The notes below the pieces were generated by a model. That model was given only the letters and a program-made list of their open reading frames with translations. It had not been told where the DNA came from and ran no database searches. A DNA stretch of 64,000 nt, taken from Patescibacteria group bacterium (lineage in GTDB: Bacteria; Patescibacteriota; Minisyncoccia; Phycocordibacterales; XYD1-FULL-46-19). This document shows positions 1 to 9,284 of the stretch, piece after piece. Position 1 is the stretch's first letter, and every line of letters begins with the position of its first letter. A program made the translations under genes and the position numbers. The stretch is from NCBI GenBank assembly GCA_048617235.1, contig JBMCHT010000004.1:46107-110106 (forward strand), read 5' to 3'.

Positions 1-363
1 TCGCTCCGTCAGGCTTTCGCCCATTGCGGAAGATTCTCGACTGCGGCCACCCGTAGGTGTATGGTCCGTGTCTCAGTACCATCGGCGGGGGCCAGGCTCT
101 CACCTCCCCTAAGCGTCATAGCCTTGGTAGGCCATTACCCTACCAACAAGCTGATACTCCGCAGGCCGATCCTTAAGCGCCAAAGCTTTACCGATCATAT
201 AAATATGAGCGGACTATCGGGTATTACTCCATCTTTCAATGGGTTATCCCCGTCTCAAGGGTTCGTTCCTACGTGTTACTGCCTCGTTTGCCATGCCGAG
301 CAAGCTCGGCATTCGACTTGCATGCCTAATCCACGTCGCCAGCGTTCATCCTGAGCTAGGATC
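1..363 (-). rRNA. rrs: 16S rRNA, 5' portion only (gene continues beyond window start)
   Basis: Reverse complement of 340-363 is AGAGTTTGATCCTAGCTCAGGATGAACGCTGGCG, the universal 16S 5' end. Reverse complement of 1-60 matches the conserved ~340-395 region (ACACCTACGGGTGGCCGCAG...CCGCAATGGGCGAAAGCCTGACGGAGCGA). Confidence 0.9.
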
Positions 364-642
364 AAACTCTCAAAAAAATGAACGGAACAAAAGAAAAAAC
401 AATATTACTAATTATAAGCGAATGTGTGAATCATACGATTGAATAAATTCAATCGTTAATCCAGTCTATATGCATATGCAATTGTTAAAGAACGTTCCGA
501 AATGGCACCTTATCTAATATAAGGTACATCGCCTATTATAACCAGATGAAAGTAAATGTCAACCAAATTAAACAGTCTAAACAATTACTTTTATAAACAA
601 ACACTGCTTCAACTAAAAAGTCAAAACAGTGTTTATTTTTAA

Positions 643-1052
643 GCAATTCAAGATCTATAAGCCGGATTCTGTATCTTATCTTAAGATAAGACGGTAGCCA
701 TTTATCTGGAATCGACATTGCTGCCGACTTCTGGCGGCACTTCTTGTAAAAACAAGACACGGCCTTGCACTCGAGTAAGGATTTAGCCGTTTCACTTTTC
801 GACTTCACTTAAAGTTGAACTTTAAGTTTATACGAAACTCATCCTGAAATAACAGGATGCTTTTATTTTTTCAAATAAAAGCGTCTCTGCTCGCACCTCT
901 AATTCAGCTAAACCGAATCGACGGGTGTTACCCGCTACCCGGCTCCCGATACCATTTTCAGTCTCCATCGTCGTAGAAACTGAAAACGGTATCGGGGAGT
1001 GTCCGGACTTTCCTCTTCTTGTAAAAGAAGCGACTACCCGATCTTGAATTGC
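643..1052 (-). ncRNA. rnpB: RNase P RNA, bacterial type A-like (~410 nt)
   Basis: Minus-strand transcript has a 12-bp P1 (GCAAUUCAAGAU at the 5' end pairs AUCUUGAAUUGC at the 3' end). A P3 hairpin is followed by GAGGAAAGUCCGGAC (P4 5' strand, including the bulged U). Internal motifs include GGGUAACACCC, GUGCGAGCAGAGACGC, GUGAAACGGCUAA, GAGUGCAAGGCC and CCAGAUAAAUGGCUACC. The 3' end carries ACAGAAUCCGGCUUAUAG (J2/4 plus P4 3' strand). P2 shows covariation (GUAG/CUAC here versus ACAG/CUGU in the E. coli sequence recalled from memory). Confidence 0.8.
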
Positions 1053-1079
1053 TGATTTATTATACCAGTAAATTATAAC

Positions 1080-3365
1080 TTAGGCAATATCACAAACTCC
1101 GGAGACACAAGCCAATTCTTTTTTAACTTCCGTTTCATCATGAATCTCATAACTTAATAATTTAGAGAAATCTATATTTTCATAATACTTCATTAACTCC
1201 TCATACTGTTTCTTATTTATCTCTTCATAAGGAGCCAATTGATAGACATGATTGGTTCGAGGTAAGAAAGATAAGCCACCAACTATCTCCCAATTTTTAT
1301 AAACCCAATTAGCTACTTCCACCCATTCACCCTCTCCCACCGAAACTGTGACTGAAGGATTATGTTCGGTATAACTGGTCTTCACTATTTTCCAATGTTC
1401 CAACTGATCTAAAGCCGAAATGTCGTCTTTATAAACAGAGCCTTCAGGAGCTTTAACCGGAAAATCTATAACAAAAGTACTAGCTTCGTTTATATCTTGA
1501 CCAACTTCCGGATTATAAGGTATTCCTTGATCGCGCAACATTTTAAACAAAGAATCGGTAGCTGAAATCCTGACTCTTCTAATATAGTAAGGAGCGTGTC
1601 GCGGATGCATTCCCGAAGAACAATCCACCATCTGAGACAAAGTCCCCGATGGTTTCACACAAGTAATGGCGGTTGATTGTTCTATATTAAAACGTTTGGC
1701 ATATTTGGCATTAATTTTTATAGACTCTTTTCTCAAACGCTCTAGTATTTTCGGATCCCTAGCTAAAGAACTATCCCATTGACCGGTAATAGATACTCCC
1801 AACAATCTTTCTTGTTTGCAATTCTTTTCCCAATCTTTGGATAAATAAGAAAACTTAGTTAAAGAAGACTGAAAAGTTCCCAAAATGGTAGCTAGGCGCA
1901 TTTTACGTATTAAACTCTCTTCGGTATCTTCAGCTCGAGCCACAATTTCCGATAAGTTACAAAATTGTTTGGATTTTAATATTATCTCACCACAAGGATT
2001 AGTACCCATATCTCCAACAAAACCACTCAACACCTCCAATCTTCTCTCCGGTAAAGTATCTTTTAAAGCCGAGCGATTAAAAATACCTCTTTCACCGGAA
2101 CCGCTTTTAACCAAAGATAACCATTCCTCCAAAAACTCTTTATTAGTTGGTTTATAATTATAAACCGCCGAGTTATTGGCCATACTTCTTTGCGGTTCGC
2201 TTAAATAAAACTGTCCTTTCTTGGCATCTCTCATCTTTTCATCATATAAATCAGACAGAGAAATCATGGCACTACGACGAACTCCTCCGGCCACCACTAT
2301 TTCACCTATTTTACAGATAATGTCATGGGCATCTAAGTTGGTTAAACGACGCCCTTGACTACCCATTATCTTTTCCCGAGTAAAATCCAACAATCGACGC
2401 AAGGGTTCCGGTCCGGAAGATTTTCCACCCATAGTTTTTAAACGAGCCCCGGCCGGTCTTAGTTTTGAATAATCAAATTGAATATCTTCTCCGGCATACC
2501 AAGTTTCTAAACCTAGACTCAAAGCATCACACCAACCTTCTTTATTGTCTTCAACCGCATGAGTTGGTTTTACAACCCCGGTCTGAGTCTTAATAATCGG
2601 TAACTCTTGTATAAATTTACTTTCCACTGAATAACCAACTCCGGTACCACACATGGAGATATACATAATTTCTGAAAAATCTTTCAATTTTTTGGGAGCA
2701 ATAAAAGAACAATTATAAGCACAAACATTTGTCCGCCTGGCGGCCGGACCGGCAAATTGCAATAATCTCATTGAAGGCATAGCTTCATGTTTTAAAATTC
2801 CTTCTCTAACTTCTTCATACTCTTTAGCGGTTAAAACATCCCCGATATTTTCTTTCATAAAATCCATATACCGATCAACCGTTTCAATCCAAGTTTCTCG
2901 CCTATTTTCTTCTTCTATCCAACGAGAATAGGTGCGGTAATATATAAATTCTCCCAAAGGATCCCTAAAATATTGCCGACTGTCTTTAACCAATTGCTTA
3001 ACTTTTTCCGGAATTACCCCTTTTTGTTGCCTTAATTCTGACCTCCTTTCCCGATACAAAATATAGGATTTGGCGGTTTTAACCAATTTATGAAATATCA
3101 ATTCTTTCTCCACTACATCCTGAATATATTCTACTGTTGGAATAAAATTCCCATCACCATTATGATGCTTGGCTTGAATTTTTAAATCCGCCAACACCGA
3201 TTGAGCAACTTCTTTGGCGGTTTTCTCATCTCCCTCTTGAGTTACTTGTAAAGATTTATTGATAGCCAGCTCCACTTTAGTAATATCAAAATCAACCACC
3301 GTGCCGTCTCTTTTTCTAACTTTTTTTATATTATTTCGACTGGAGTGAGAATGTTTTTTAACCAT
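1080..3365 (-). CDS. ribonucleotide reductase catalytic subunit with N-terminal ATP-cone; likely class II (B12-dependent) because no beta subunit gene is adjacent
   Basis: 761-aa ORF. N-terminal ATP-cone-like segment (VVKRDGTVVDFDITKV). Catalytic-site NPCGEI motif (Asn-x-Cys-x-Glu). The ORF-track start is a TTG; the ATG lies 2 codons downstream. Confidence 0.7.
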   Translation of the reverse strand: MVKKHSHSSRNNIKKVRKRDGTVVDFDITKVELAINKSLQVTQEGDEKTAKEVAQSVLADLKIQAKHHNGDGNFIPTVEYIQDVVEKELIFHKLVKTAKSYILYRERRSELRQQKGVIPEKVKQLVKDSRQYFRDPLGEFIYYRTYSRWIEEENRRETWIETVDRYMDFMKENIGDVLTAKEYEEVREGILKHEAMPSMRLLQFAGPAARRTNVCAYNCSFIAPKKLKDFSEIMYISMCGTGVGYSVESKFIQELPIIKTQTGVVKPTHAVEDNKEGWCDALSLGLETWYAGEDIQFDYSKLRPAGARLKTMGGKSSGPEPLRRLLDFTREKIMGSQGRRLTNLDAHDIICKIGEIVVAGGVRRSAMISLSDLYDEKMRDAKKGQFYLSEPQRSMANNSAVYNYKPTNKEFLEEWLSLVKSGSGERGIFNRSALKDTLPERRLEVLSGFVGDMGTNPCGEIILKSKQFCNLSEIVARAEDTEESLIRKMRLATILGTFQSSLTKFSYLSKDWEKNCKQERLLGVSITGQWDSSLARDPKILERLRKESIKINAKYAKRFNIEQSTAITCVKPSGTLSQMVDCSSGMHPRHAPYYIRRVRISATDSLFKMLRDQGIPYNPEVGQDINEASTFVIDFPVKAPEGSVYKDDISALDQLEHWKIVKTSYTEHNPSVTVSVGEGEWVEVANWVYKNWEIVGGLSFLPRTNHVYQLAPYEEINKKQYEELMKYYENIDFSKLLSYEIHDETEVKKELACVSGVCDIA

Positions 3366-3561
3366 AGACAATAGATAAAATTATTTTTTAAAGTACACCC
3401 ATTTTAAACCAAAAGCTGACTGAGACCAAGTTAAAATTATCCACCAATAACCGATTTTATCCAGCAAAAAATAAAAATCAACCTCTTACAAGGTCAACTC
3501 TTAGAAAAGACGGAGGACTAAGACTAAAAATAAAAACTTAAAACAAAAATTTTACAAAAAT

Positions 3562-4332
3562 CTATTTTAATTTTTCTTTAGCTAGAGCTAACGCCCCATA
3601 TAAACCGCCAATGTCTCCCAGAGTAGCTAATTTCAATTCCGGTTTTTGAGAATAAATCTTTAAAATAGTATTAAAATGATCTCTCACTTCATTTAATCTA
3701 ATACCGGGGATTTTCATCATAGAACCTCCGACCACTATTATCTCCGGTGACCAACAAACCGCTATATTATTAAGACCATAAGCCAAATGAAGAGCCAGTT
3801 CCGACCAAATTTCATCATCCTTATCTATTTCATAAGGTAGACAACCATAGTTGGCCTCCAAAGATCGGCCGGAAATTAAATTTTCTAAAGTAAAAGGTAC
3901 TTTATCTTTAGACAATAAAATTTGATGACCGGGTTCAAATCCAAAACTGGATTTATCTATTGAATTATTAACTATTCTGGCTCCACCTACTCCCGAAGAT
4001 ACAGTCACATAAGCAGTAATTGCACCTCCTTGACCGGCACCGGCGGTCATCTCCCCCAAACCCACTACCGCACTATCATTTTCCAGAATAACCGGACAAT
4101 TAAAATTCTTTTTCAACTCCGATTGAATATTAATATCTGACCAAACCGCCCGACTTATTCCACCGGCAATTAGAGTTATTTCTTCTCCTTTAACTATTTC
4201 CAATAATTTATTCAACCCCACCTGAAAATCTACCGGGGTATCAAAAATAACCGGCTCCCCCGACCAAGTCTGACCATTATCAGATAAAACCACCCGAGTT
4301 TTGGTTCTTCCTATATCAAAAAGCAGAATCAT
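3562..4332 (-). CDS. ROK/BadF-type sugar kinase (putative glucokinase)
   Basis: N-terminal LLFDIGRTKTRV phosphate-1 motif typical of ROK/BadF ATPases. Overlaps the upstream VKOR gene by 17 nt, suggesting an operon. Confidence 0.45.
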   Translation of the reverse strand: MILLFDIGRTKTRVVLSDNGQTWSGEPVIFDTPVDFQVGLNKLLEIVKGEEITLIAGGISRAVWSDINIQSELKKNFNCPVILENDSAVVGLGEMTAGAGQGGAITAYVTVSSGVGGARIVNNSIDKSSFGFEPGHQILLSKDKVPFTLENLISGRSLEANYGCLPYEIDKDDEIWSELALHLAYGLNNIAVCWSPEIIVVGGSMMKIPGIRLNEVRDHFNTILKIYSQKPELKLATLGDIGGLYGALALAKEKLK

Positions 4333-4801
4333 AATCCAGATAACTTACTGACTCTTCTTCTTCAACTCTTCCATCTCTGACCCAAAACAAACTAATAATA
4401 AACAAACAAATTATTAAACCAAAAGATAGTAAACAAAAAGAACACCAGGACTCCAATATTTTCCATTGAATATAAAATAACCAGAAACTAAAACCCAAAG
4501 CCGAGCCGATTAAAAAAGTAATTAAAGCCAAAATCCAATCCACCAAATTTTGTCGCCACCAAATTATTAAAATTATCAACGATAGATAAAACAATAAACC
4601 TCCCAAAGCCAAAGGGAAATCAAAAACCGTATTATAAATACTGGAAGTTACCGCCTGGCAACCATCAAGTCCCAAAACACAAACCAAATCCGAACCCAAA
4701 TAGTGTTTAAAAGTTAAATAAGAAGCATCCGCCAAACCAACAAAAGCCAAAACCAACATAATGATTGACCATTTTTCCGTTTGTTTATTTTCTTTATTCA
4801 T
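4316..4801 (-). CDS. vitamin K epoxide reductase (VKOR) family membrane protein
   Basis: Multi-pass membrane protein. Loop cysteine pair (CVLGLDGC) plus CSFC (CxxC) in a transmembrane segment. Overlaps the DsbA-like gene by 8 nt. Confidence 0.6.
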   Translation of the reverse strand: MNKENKQTEKWSIIMLVLAFVGLADASYLTFKHYLGSDLVCVLGLDGCQAVTSSIYNTVFDFPLALGGLLFYLSLIILIIWWRQNLVDWILALITFLIGSALGFSFWLFYIQWKILESWCSFCLLSFGLIICLFIISLFWVRDGRVEEEESVSYLDYDSAF

Positions 4802-5609
4802 ATTCTATTTCTACAGGAATAGATTCTCCTTCACCGGTTGTTAAATCCACTTCAACTTCCTCCTCAGATAAATCCACATCGCCTTCTTCAGTTGAAGAGG
4901 AAAAATCAGTTACTACCTCTTGAATAGCATTTCGCAAATCTGAAAACTCAGTCAATTTAACTGCCTGACCATTCAAGAAAAAGGTTGGGGTAGATCTCAC
5001 TCCCGCTTGACGACCGGAATCATAATCACTTCTTATTTTTTCACGCAATAAATCAGCATTTAGATCCGTTTTAAATTGCTCCACATCCAATTCCAACTCT
5101 TCAGCCTGAGCAGAAACCAAATTATTAAACTCTTCTATATTCAATCGACTCCACTCCGTTTGATTCTCAAACAACCAATCATGCATCGGCCAAAAAGCTC
5201 CTTGACGACCGGCCGCTTCCGCCGCCAAAGCTGCGGTTCTTGAATGTAAATAACCCAAAGGATAATGACGATAAGTAATATTTAAATCATCTCCAAATTG
5301 ATCAAGTAAATTATCTAATTCAGCTGACCATGCCCGACAAGCCGGACATTGGAAATCACTATATTCAACCAATTGAGCCGGAGCCTCTTCCCCTCCTCCT
5401 TTACTGTTTTCCCATTGAGCTTCGGTTTTAACTTCATCCAAAGAAGAAGTCGAGTCTGTAAATTTCCAAGCCAAGAAAAAGGCTCCGGTTATTATAATAA
5501 AACTAATCCCTACTACTAAAAACCAAGTTAAAAAATTTTTACGCCTGGCCAATTCTTGCCTTTTTAATCTCTTTTCTTTTTTAGATAAATGTTCCGGTTT
5601 ATTGGTCAT
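4794..5609 (-). CDS. DsbA-like thioredoxin-fold thiol:disulfide oxidoreductase (membrane anchored)
   Basis: N-terminal transmembrane helix. CPAC active-site motif (FQCPACRAW). Translationally coupled to VKOR. Confidence 0.65.
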   Translation of the reverse strand: MTNKPEHLSKKEKRLKRQELARRKNFLTWFLVVGISFIIITGAFFLAWKFTDSTSSLDEVKTEAQWENSKGGGEEAPAQLVEYSDFQCPACRAWSAELDNLLDQFGDDLNITYRHYPLGYLHSRTAALAAEAAGRQGAFWPMHDWLFENQTEWSRLNIEEFNNLVSAQAEELELDVEQFKTDLNADLLREKIRSDYDSGRQAGVRSTPTFFLNGQAVKLTEFSDLRNAIQEVVTDFSSSTEEGDVDLSEEEVEVDLTTGEGESIPVEIEYE

Positions 5610-5676
5610 ATTTTGTTTTACAAAATTAAATTTAATATCAACCAGTGTAGCAAATTGTTATCAAAAAACAAATAAA

Positions 5677-6072
5677 TCACCAATTAAGATAAGTGATGGT
5701 AAATTGCAAGACGGTGGCAAAAGATACCCATAAACCATAAGGAATATTAACCAAAGTCACCCACCGAGCATGAGGCCAGATTGCCACCATTAACCAAATT
5801 AAAGTAACTACTACCAAAATAATATCCAAAGAAGCCAAAAGATTATTTTGAAGACCGAATTGAATCGGAGTGTAAATTAAATTAAAAAATAAATTTAAAC
5901 CAAAAGGCACAGCCACCGTTTTTGGTATCTGACCTTTAATCACCTGATAAAAAACCCAACCGAAAGATATAACTATAATTATATACAAAACTGTCCAAAC
6001 TGGAGAAAACAACCAGGCCGGTGGTGCCCAAGCCGGCCTAATAAATTCTGCATATTGAAGAGCTTCATTCAT
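5677..6072 (-). CDS. TspO/MBR (tryptophan-rich sensory protein) family, short form
   Basis: Motif PAWAPPAWLFSPVWTVLYIIIVISFG matches the TspO signature (P.W.PP.W.F.PVWT.LY). 131 aa with 4-5 transmembrane segments. Confidence 0.55.
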   Translation of the reverse strand: MNEALQYAEFIRPAWAPPAWLFSPVWTVLYIIIVISFGWVFYQVIKGQIPKTVAVPFGLNLFFNLIYTPIQFGLQNNLLASLDIILVVVTLIWLMVAIWPHARWVTLVNIPYGLWVSFATVLQFTITYLNW

Positions 6073-6754
6073 GTTTTAAATATTTTGTTTTTAAAAAGTT
6101 ACTAAATTTTTCCATTTCCATTTGAGCCGCTTCCAAAACTTCTCCTTTACGATCTCTGTCCGCTTGCGATAATTCCGCCCACCTAAATTCCATTTCATTG
6201 GGAATAAAAAACTTACCGCCATTATGGAGCATAAAATCAAAAGCTCCATCTTCAAGCATCAACCTCTCTTCTTCAGTGACCTCCCGAGCCTGATAAAATT
6301 CCTCCAATAAAGATTGTAATTTTTGTTTTAATTTTTCATTCTTTTCTCTTAGGAGTTTAGCTTCTTTTGTTTCCGGTTGTTGCCTAATAATATTTACAGC
6401 TTCTTTCCAAGCCTCCATATTGTCTCCTTTCTTAACCTCTTCTACCGAAACTCCATACTTAGCAGCCACTTGTTTATAAATCTCTGTTTCGTTTTCATAA
6501 AACTCTTCTATATTATCATCGGCTGTAATAGTAACCCAAGGAGCCGGATAACCACTATCTAAATGCCCTTCACAAGACATACCGGTTGGAAAACCCCAAA
6601 CATTGAGCATAACGATTGCTTCTTTTATTTTTCCATCTAAAGGCATACCTAAAGCATCTCCCCAATTTTCCACTTCCTGTCTTGCTTTCTCAATCTTTTG
6701 CTCTTTAGGACTTTTGTCCTCCTTATTTGCTGATATGTTATTTTCGAAATTCAT
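6065..6754 (-). CDS. hypothetical protein, acidic with coiled-coil region
   Basis: 229-aa ORF. Overlaps the TspO start by 8 nt. No motif I recognise. Confidence 0.4.
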   Translation of the reverse strand: MNFENNISANKEDKSPKEQKIEKARQEVENWGDALGMPLDGKIKEAIVMLNVWGFPTGMSCEGHLDSGYPAPWVTITADDNIEEFYENETEIYKQVAAKYGVSVEEVKKGDNMEAWKEAVNIIRQQPETKEAKLLREKNEKLKQKLQSLLEEFYQAREVTEEERLMLEDGAFDFMLHNGGKFFIPNEMEFRWAELSQADRDRKGEVLEAAQMEMEKFSNFLKTKYLKHE

Positions 6755-6800
6755 AGACTTATTTTAACCAAAAACAGACCTAAAAACTAGTTTTTTAAAT

Positions 6801-7787
6801 TTAATGTTTAACTATTCTTAATAAAGGTTTTTTATTATAAACATTTAATTGAACCATTCCGCCAATAGGAAAAGTGATCATCGGATAAGTATGCCCAAAA
6901 TCCACATTAGCCAATACCGGTAAATAATCCAATTCTTTTTTAGATTTAATAACTTTTATTAATTGTTCAGTTTTAATTTCACTGGCTTTTTGAAATCTTC
7001 CAATTACAATTCCTTTCATTTTCTTAAAATTTGGCAAATGAATCAAAGATTGTAAATCCCGATCGAAATTAAATATTTTAGACTCTGCATCATCTTCTAA
7101 AAACAAAATCGAACCGGAGATATCCGGAAAATACTCCGATCCTTGTAAAAGATTAAAGGTGCAAATATTAGCTCCTAAAATTTTACCCTCGGCCTGACCC
7201 TCATTAATAACCAACCAATCATCATTTTTTATTAATTGCCTGTTATCTTGATCTAAATACCACCTATCATCACTCCAAGATTCACTGGGAAAAATATCAA
7301 ACTCCTGATCACTAAATAAACATTTTTTAAAATATTCCAAAGTATAATCAAAATAAAGTTTTTGACCGAAAGTTGAATAAGCCGGGCCGGAATAAGTAAC
7401 TAAGCCGGTTTTGGTATAGATAGCATTTTGCAAAGCGGTAGTATCCGAATAACCCACAAAAACTTTCGGATTAGCTTTGATTAAATCCCAATCTAAATAA
7501 TTTAAAAGTTGATTGCAATTGAAACCTCCAATAACCGTAAAAATTCCTTTAACACTTTTATCTGAAAAAGCTTGGTGTAAATCACTAACCCTTGATTTAA
7601 TTGAAGAAGAATCAAATTCATCACACTCCTTTACATTATTAGCAAAAGATAATTCTAAACCCATTGTTTTAAATCTATCATTGGCTATTTGCCTAACTTC
7701 CTCAGAAATTAAACCTAAAGAATCCGAAGGAGCCACCACCATAACTTTATCTCCTTTTTTTAATTTATCCGGAAAAATTGTTTTCAT
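6801..7787 (-). CDS. LD-carboxypeptidase (peptidase S66, LdcA/MccF-like)
   Basis: GYSDTTAL catalytic serine motif. Length and layout typical of S66 enzymes. Confidence 0.65.
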   Translation of the reverse strand: MKTIFPDKLKKGDKVMVVAPSDSLGLISEEVRQIANDRFKTMGLELSFANNVKECDEFDSSSIKSRVSDLHQAFSDKSVKGIFTVIGGFNCNQLLNYLDWDLIKANPKVFVGYSDTTALQNAIYTKTGLVTYSGPAYSTFGQKLYFDYTLEYFKKCLFSDQEFDIFPSESWSDDRWYLDQDNRQLIKNDDWLVINEGQAEGKILGANICTFNLLQGSEYFPDISGSILFLEDDAESKIFNFDRDLQSLIHLPNFKKMKGIVIGRFQKASEIKTEQLIKVIKSKKELDYLPVLANVDFGHTYPMITFPIGGMVQLNVYNKKPLLRIVKH

Positions 7788-7823
7788 ACTATAAAGTTAA
7801 CAAATATATTATCATTTACCAAT

Positions 7824-8222
7824 CTAAAGCTCTATTCGTTTTAGCATCAAAGCATTTATAACCACAATCACCGTAGATAAACTCATAACCAAAGCTCCTA
7901 TTTCCGGTCTTAAAAAGAATCCCCAAGTGGCAAAAACTCCAGCCGCCGCCGGTATGGCAACAATATTGTAACCAAGTGCCCAGACGAGATTCTGGATCAT
8001 CTTTGAGTATACTTTTTTAGATTTTCTAAATACTGTCACAATTTCGTTAATCACTTTCTTCTCTTGGCCTTGTTTCATTTGTAAAATAACATGTTCAGAC
8101 AAATGATTTTCCAACATTAAATCTTCAATCACCGCCAAACTCACCAGCCAAAATCTCAATCGCCTTCTCCCAAGCTTCATCCGGAGTTTTAAATACCAAG
8201 CAGTTGTACTTTTCCGCTTCAC
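7824..8222 (-). pseudogene. remnant of a heavy-metal P-type ATPase (C-terminal ~100 aa only)
   Basis: C-terminus ...KMIQNLVWALGYNIVAIPAAAGVF...SLSTVIVVINALMLKR matches the conserved last two transmembrane segments of CopA/ZntA-type ATPases (NIKQNLFWAFGYN...IPLAAG). No phosphorylation or nucleotide-binding domains lie upstream. Confidence 0.5.
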
Positions 8223-8715
8223 TTAGATAACGAAATCTTTCACCATAAAAAAAAGCCTCAGCTTCCAATTTTTGAAGCTCCTCTGTTTTCCCCCATCTTG
8301 GTTCAAGTTTATTTCTTTTAAAAACTTCTTCAAAAGAAGAGCCGATTAATACTATTCCGGGAATTTGTAAATCTCGACAAGCCAAATGCGGTAAAATGTT
8401 TACTCCTTCAAAAATAACAGGTTGAGTGTTTTTAGTATATTGATTCAATCTAGACAATACCCCCGGCCATATCTTTTCAGATTGAGTGACTAAATTTTTC
8501 TATTGCTCATCATAATCGGTATTAGTGTAATATGTATATTCATCTTGATTAAGATAATAATTTACCCATTTTTTATATTTTTCATCCTGAGATAATTCTT
8601 CTCGCATATCATCAACAGAAACACAAAGACCCCCCACTTCTTTAGCCAACTTCTTGCCCAAATATGACTTCCCTGCAGTCGGAATTCCGGTAATAAACAA
8701 CCGTGATTTATTCAT
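8125..8715 (-). pseudogene. P-loop NTPase/kinase gene interrupted by a single in-frame TAG
   Basis: The N-terminal ORF (Walker A GIPTAGKS) ends ...DYDEQ-TAG. The same frame continues KNLVTQSEKIWPGVLSRLNQYTK...VIFEG (Walker B-like) to the end of the second ORF. The ORF track's second Met is really a TTG codon in that frame. Confidence 0.45.
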
Positions 8716-8749
8716 AGTTTTATAGTAATAAAAAATCTAGTCTTATTAA

Positions 8750-9193
8750 TTATTTTAAATATTTATCAAAATAATCTCTATATCTGTTAAATGTATATTC
8801 AAACCCACTATGGATAGGTGTTGGTAGATTATTCAAAGTGAACCAACCCAACTCTAACATTTTTTCCGGTTCGTTTAAGACAACTTCATTTGGTTTTACC
8901 ACAACAAAAAACGGAACAGCGATCCAGTGTGTTTTTTGTCCATTATGTTCACGAAAGATATCATGGGGTGGGAGTTGTTCTCCCAAAATACCCTTACAAC
9001 CATACTCTTCCTCCACTTCTTTAAGCACATTTTCTTCCAAACTAAAACCATGATCTAATTTTCCGGATCCGAGATCCCAACATAAATGTTCATCTCGACA
9101 ATTTTTACTTCTTTTATGAAATAAAAAATTGCCCCGCCCATCATGACAATAAAAAGGGGTAGTAATGCCTATATAATCTATACCTATTTTCAT
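8750..9193 (-). CDS. Nudix-like hydrolase
   Basis: Nudix-box-like segment GSGKLDHGFSLEENVLKEVEEEYG (a divergent REUxEExGU). Confidence 0.4.
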   Translation of the reverse strand: MKIGIDYIGITTPFYCHDGRGNFLFHKRSKNCRDEHLCWDLGSGKLDHGFSLEENVLKEVEEEYGCKGILGEQLPPHDIFREHNGQKTHWIAVPFFVVVKPNEVVLNEPEKMLELGWFTLNNLPTPIHSGFEYTFNRYRDYFDKYLK

Positions 9194-9284
9194 ATTTGCA
9201 TTTTATCTCAAATACAAAAATTTATACAGCAACCTTTAAATTTTAAAAAACTAATAAATGATCTTAAAAAAATGAAAATAAACT

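Noticed and set aside
61-442. ORFs 61..354 and 239..442 (+)
   Set aside because: They lie within or antisense to the 16S rRNA 5' region.
536-808. 90-aa minus-strand ORF; also a terminator-like hairpin on the plus strand (841-873) and an 18-bp palindrome at 672-690
   Set aside because: All lie inside the RNase P RNA. The hairpins are its internal helices (P12-like and an extra stem), not terminators or operators. The ORF is spurious.
1885-2157. Antisense ORFs embedded in long genes (1885..2157, 6377..6562, 7513..7794, 14404..14697, 25549..25878, 33463..33762, 54534..54869, 22634..23056 and others)
   Set aside because: Each lies fully inside a longer, well-supported CDS on the opposite strand with low-complexity translation. 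They are likely spurious.
3372-3561. Possible cobalamin riboswitch or NrdR box upstream of the ribonucleotide reductase gene
   Set aside because: The region is AT-rich, with no B12-box-like core and no NrdR-type 16-bp palindromes that I can see.
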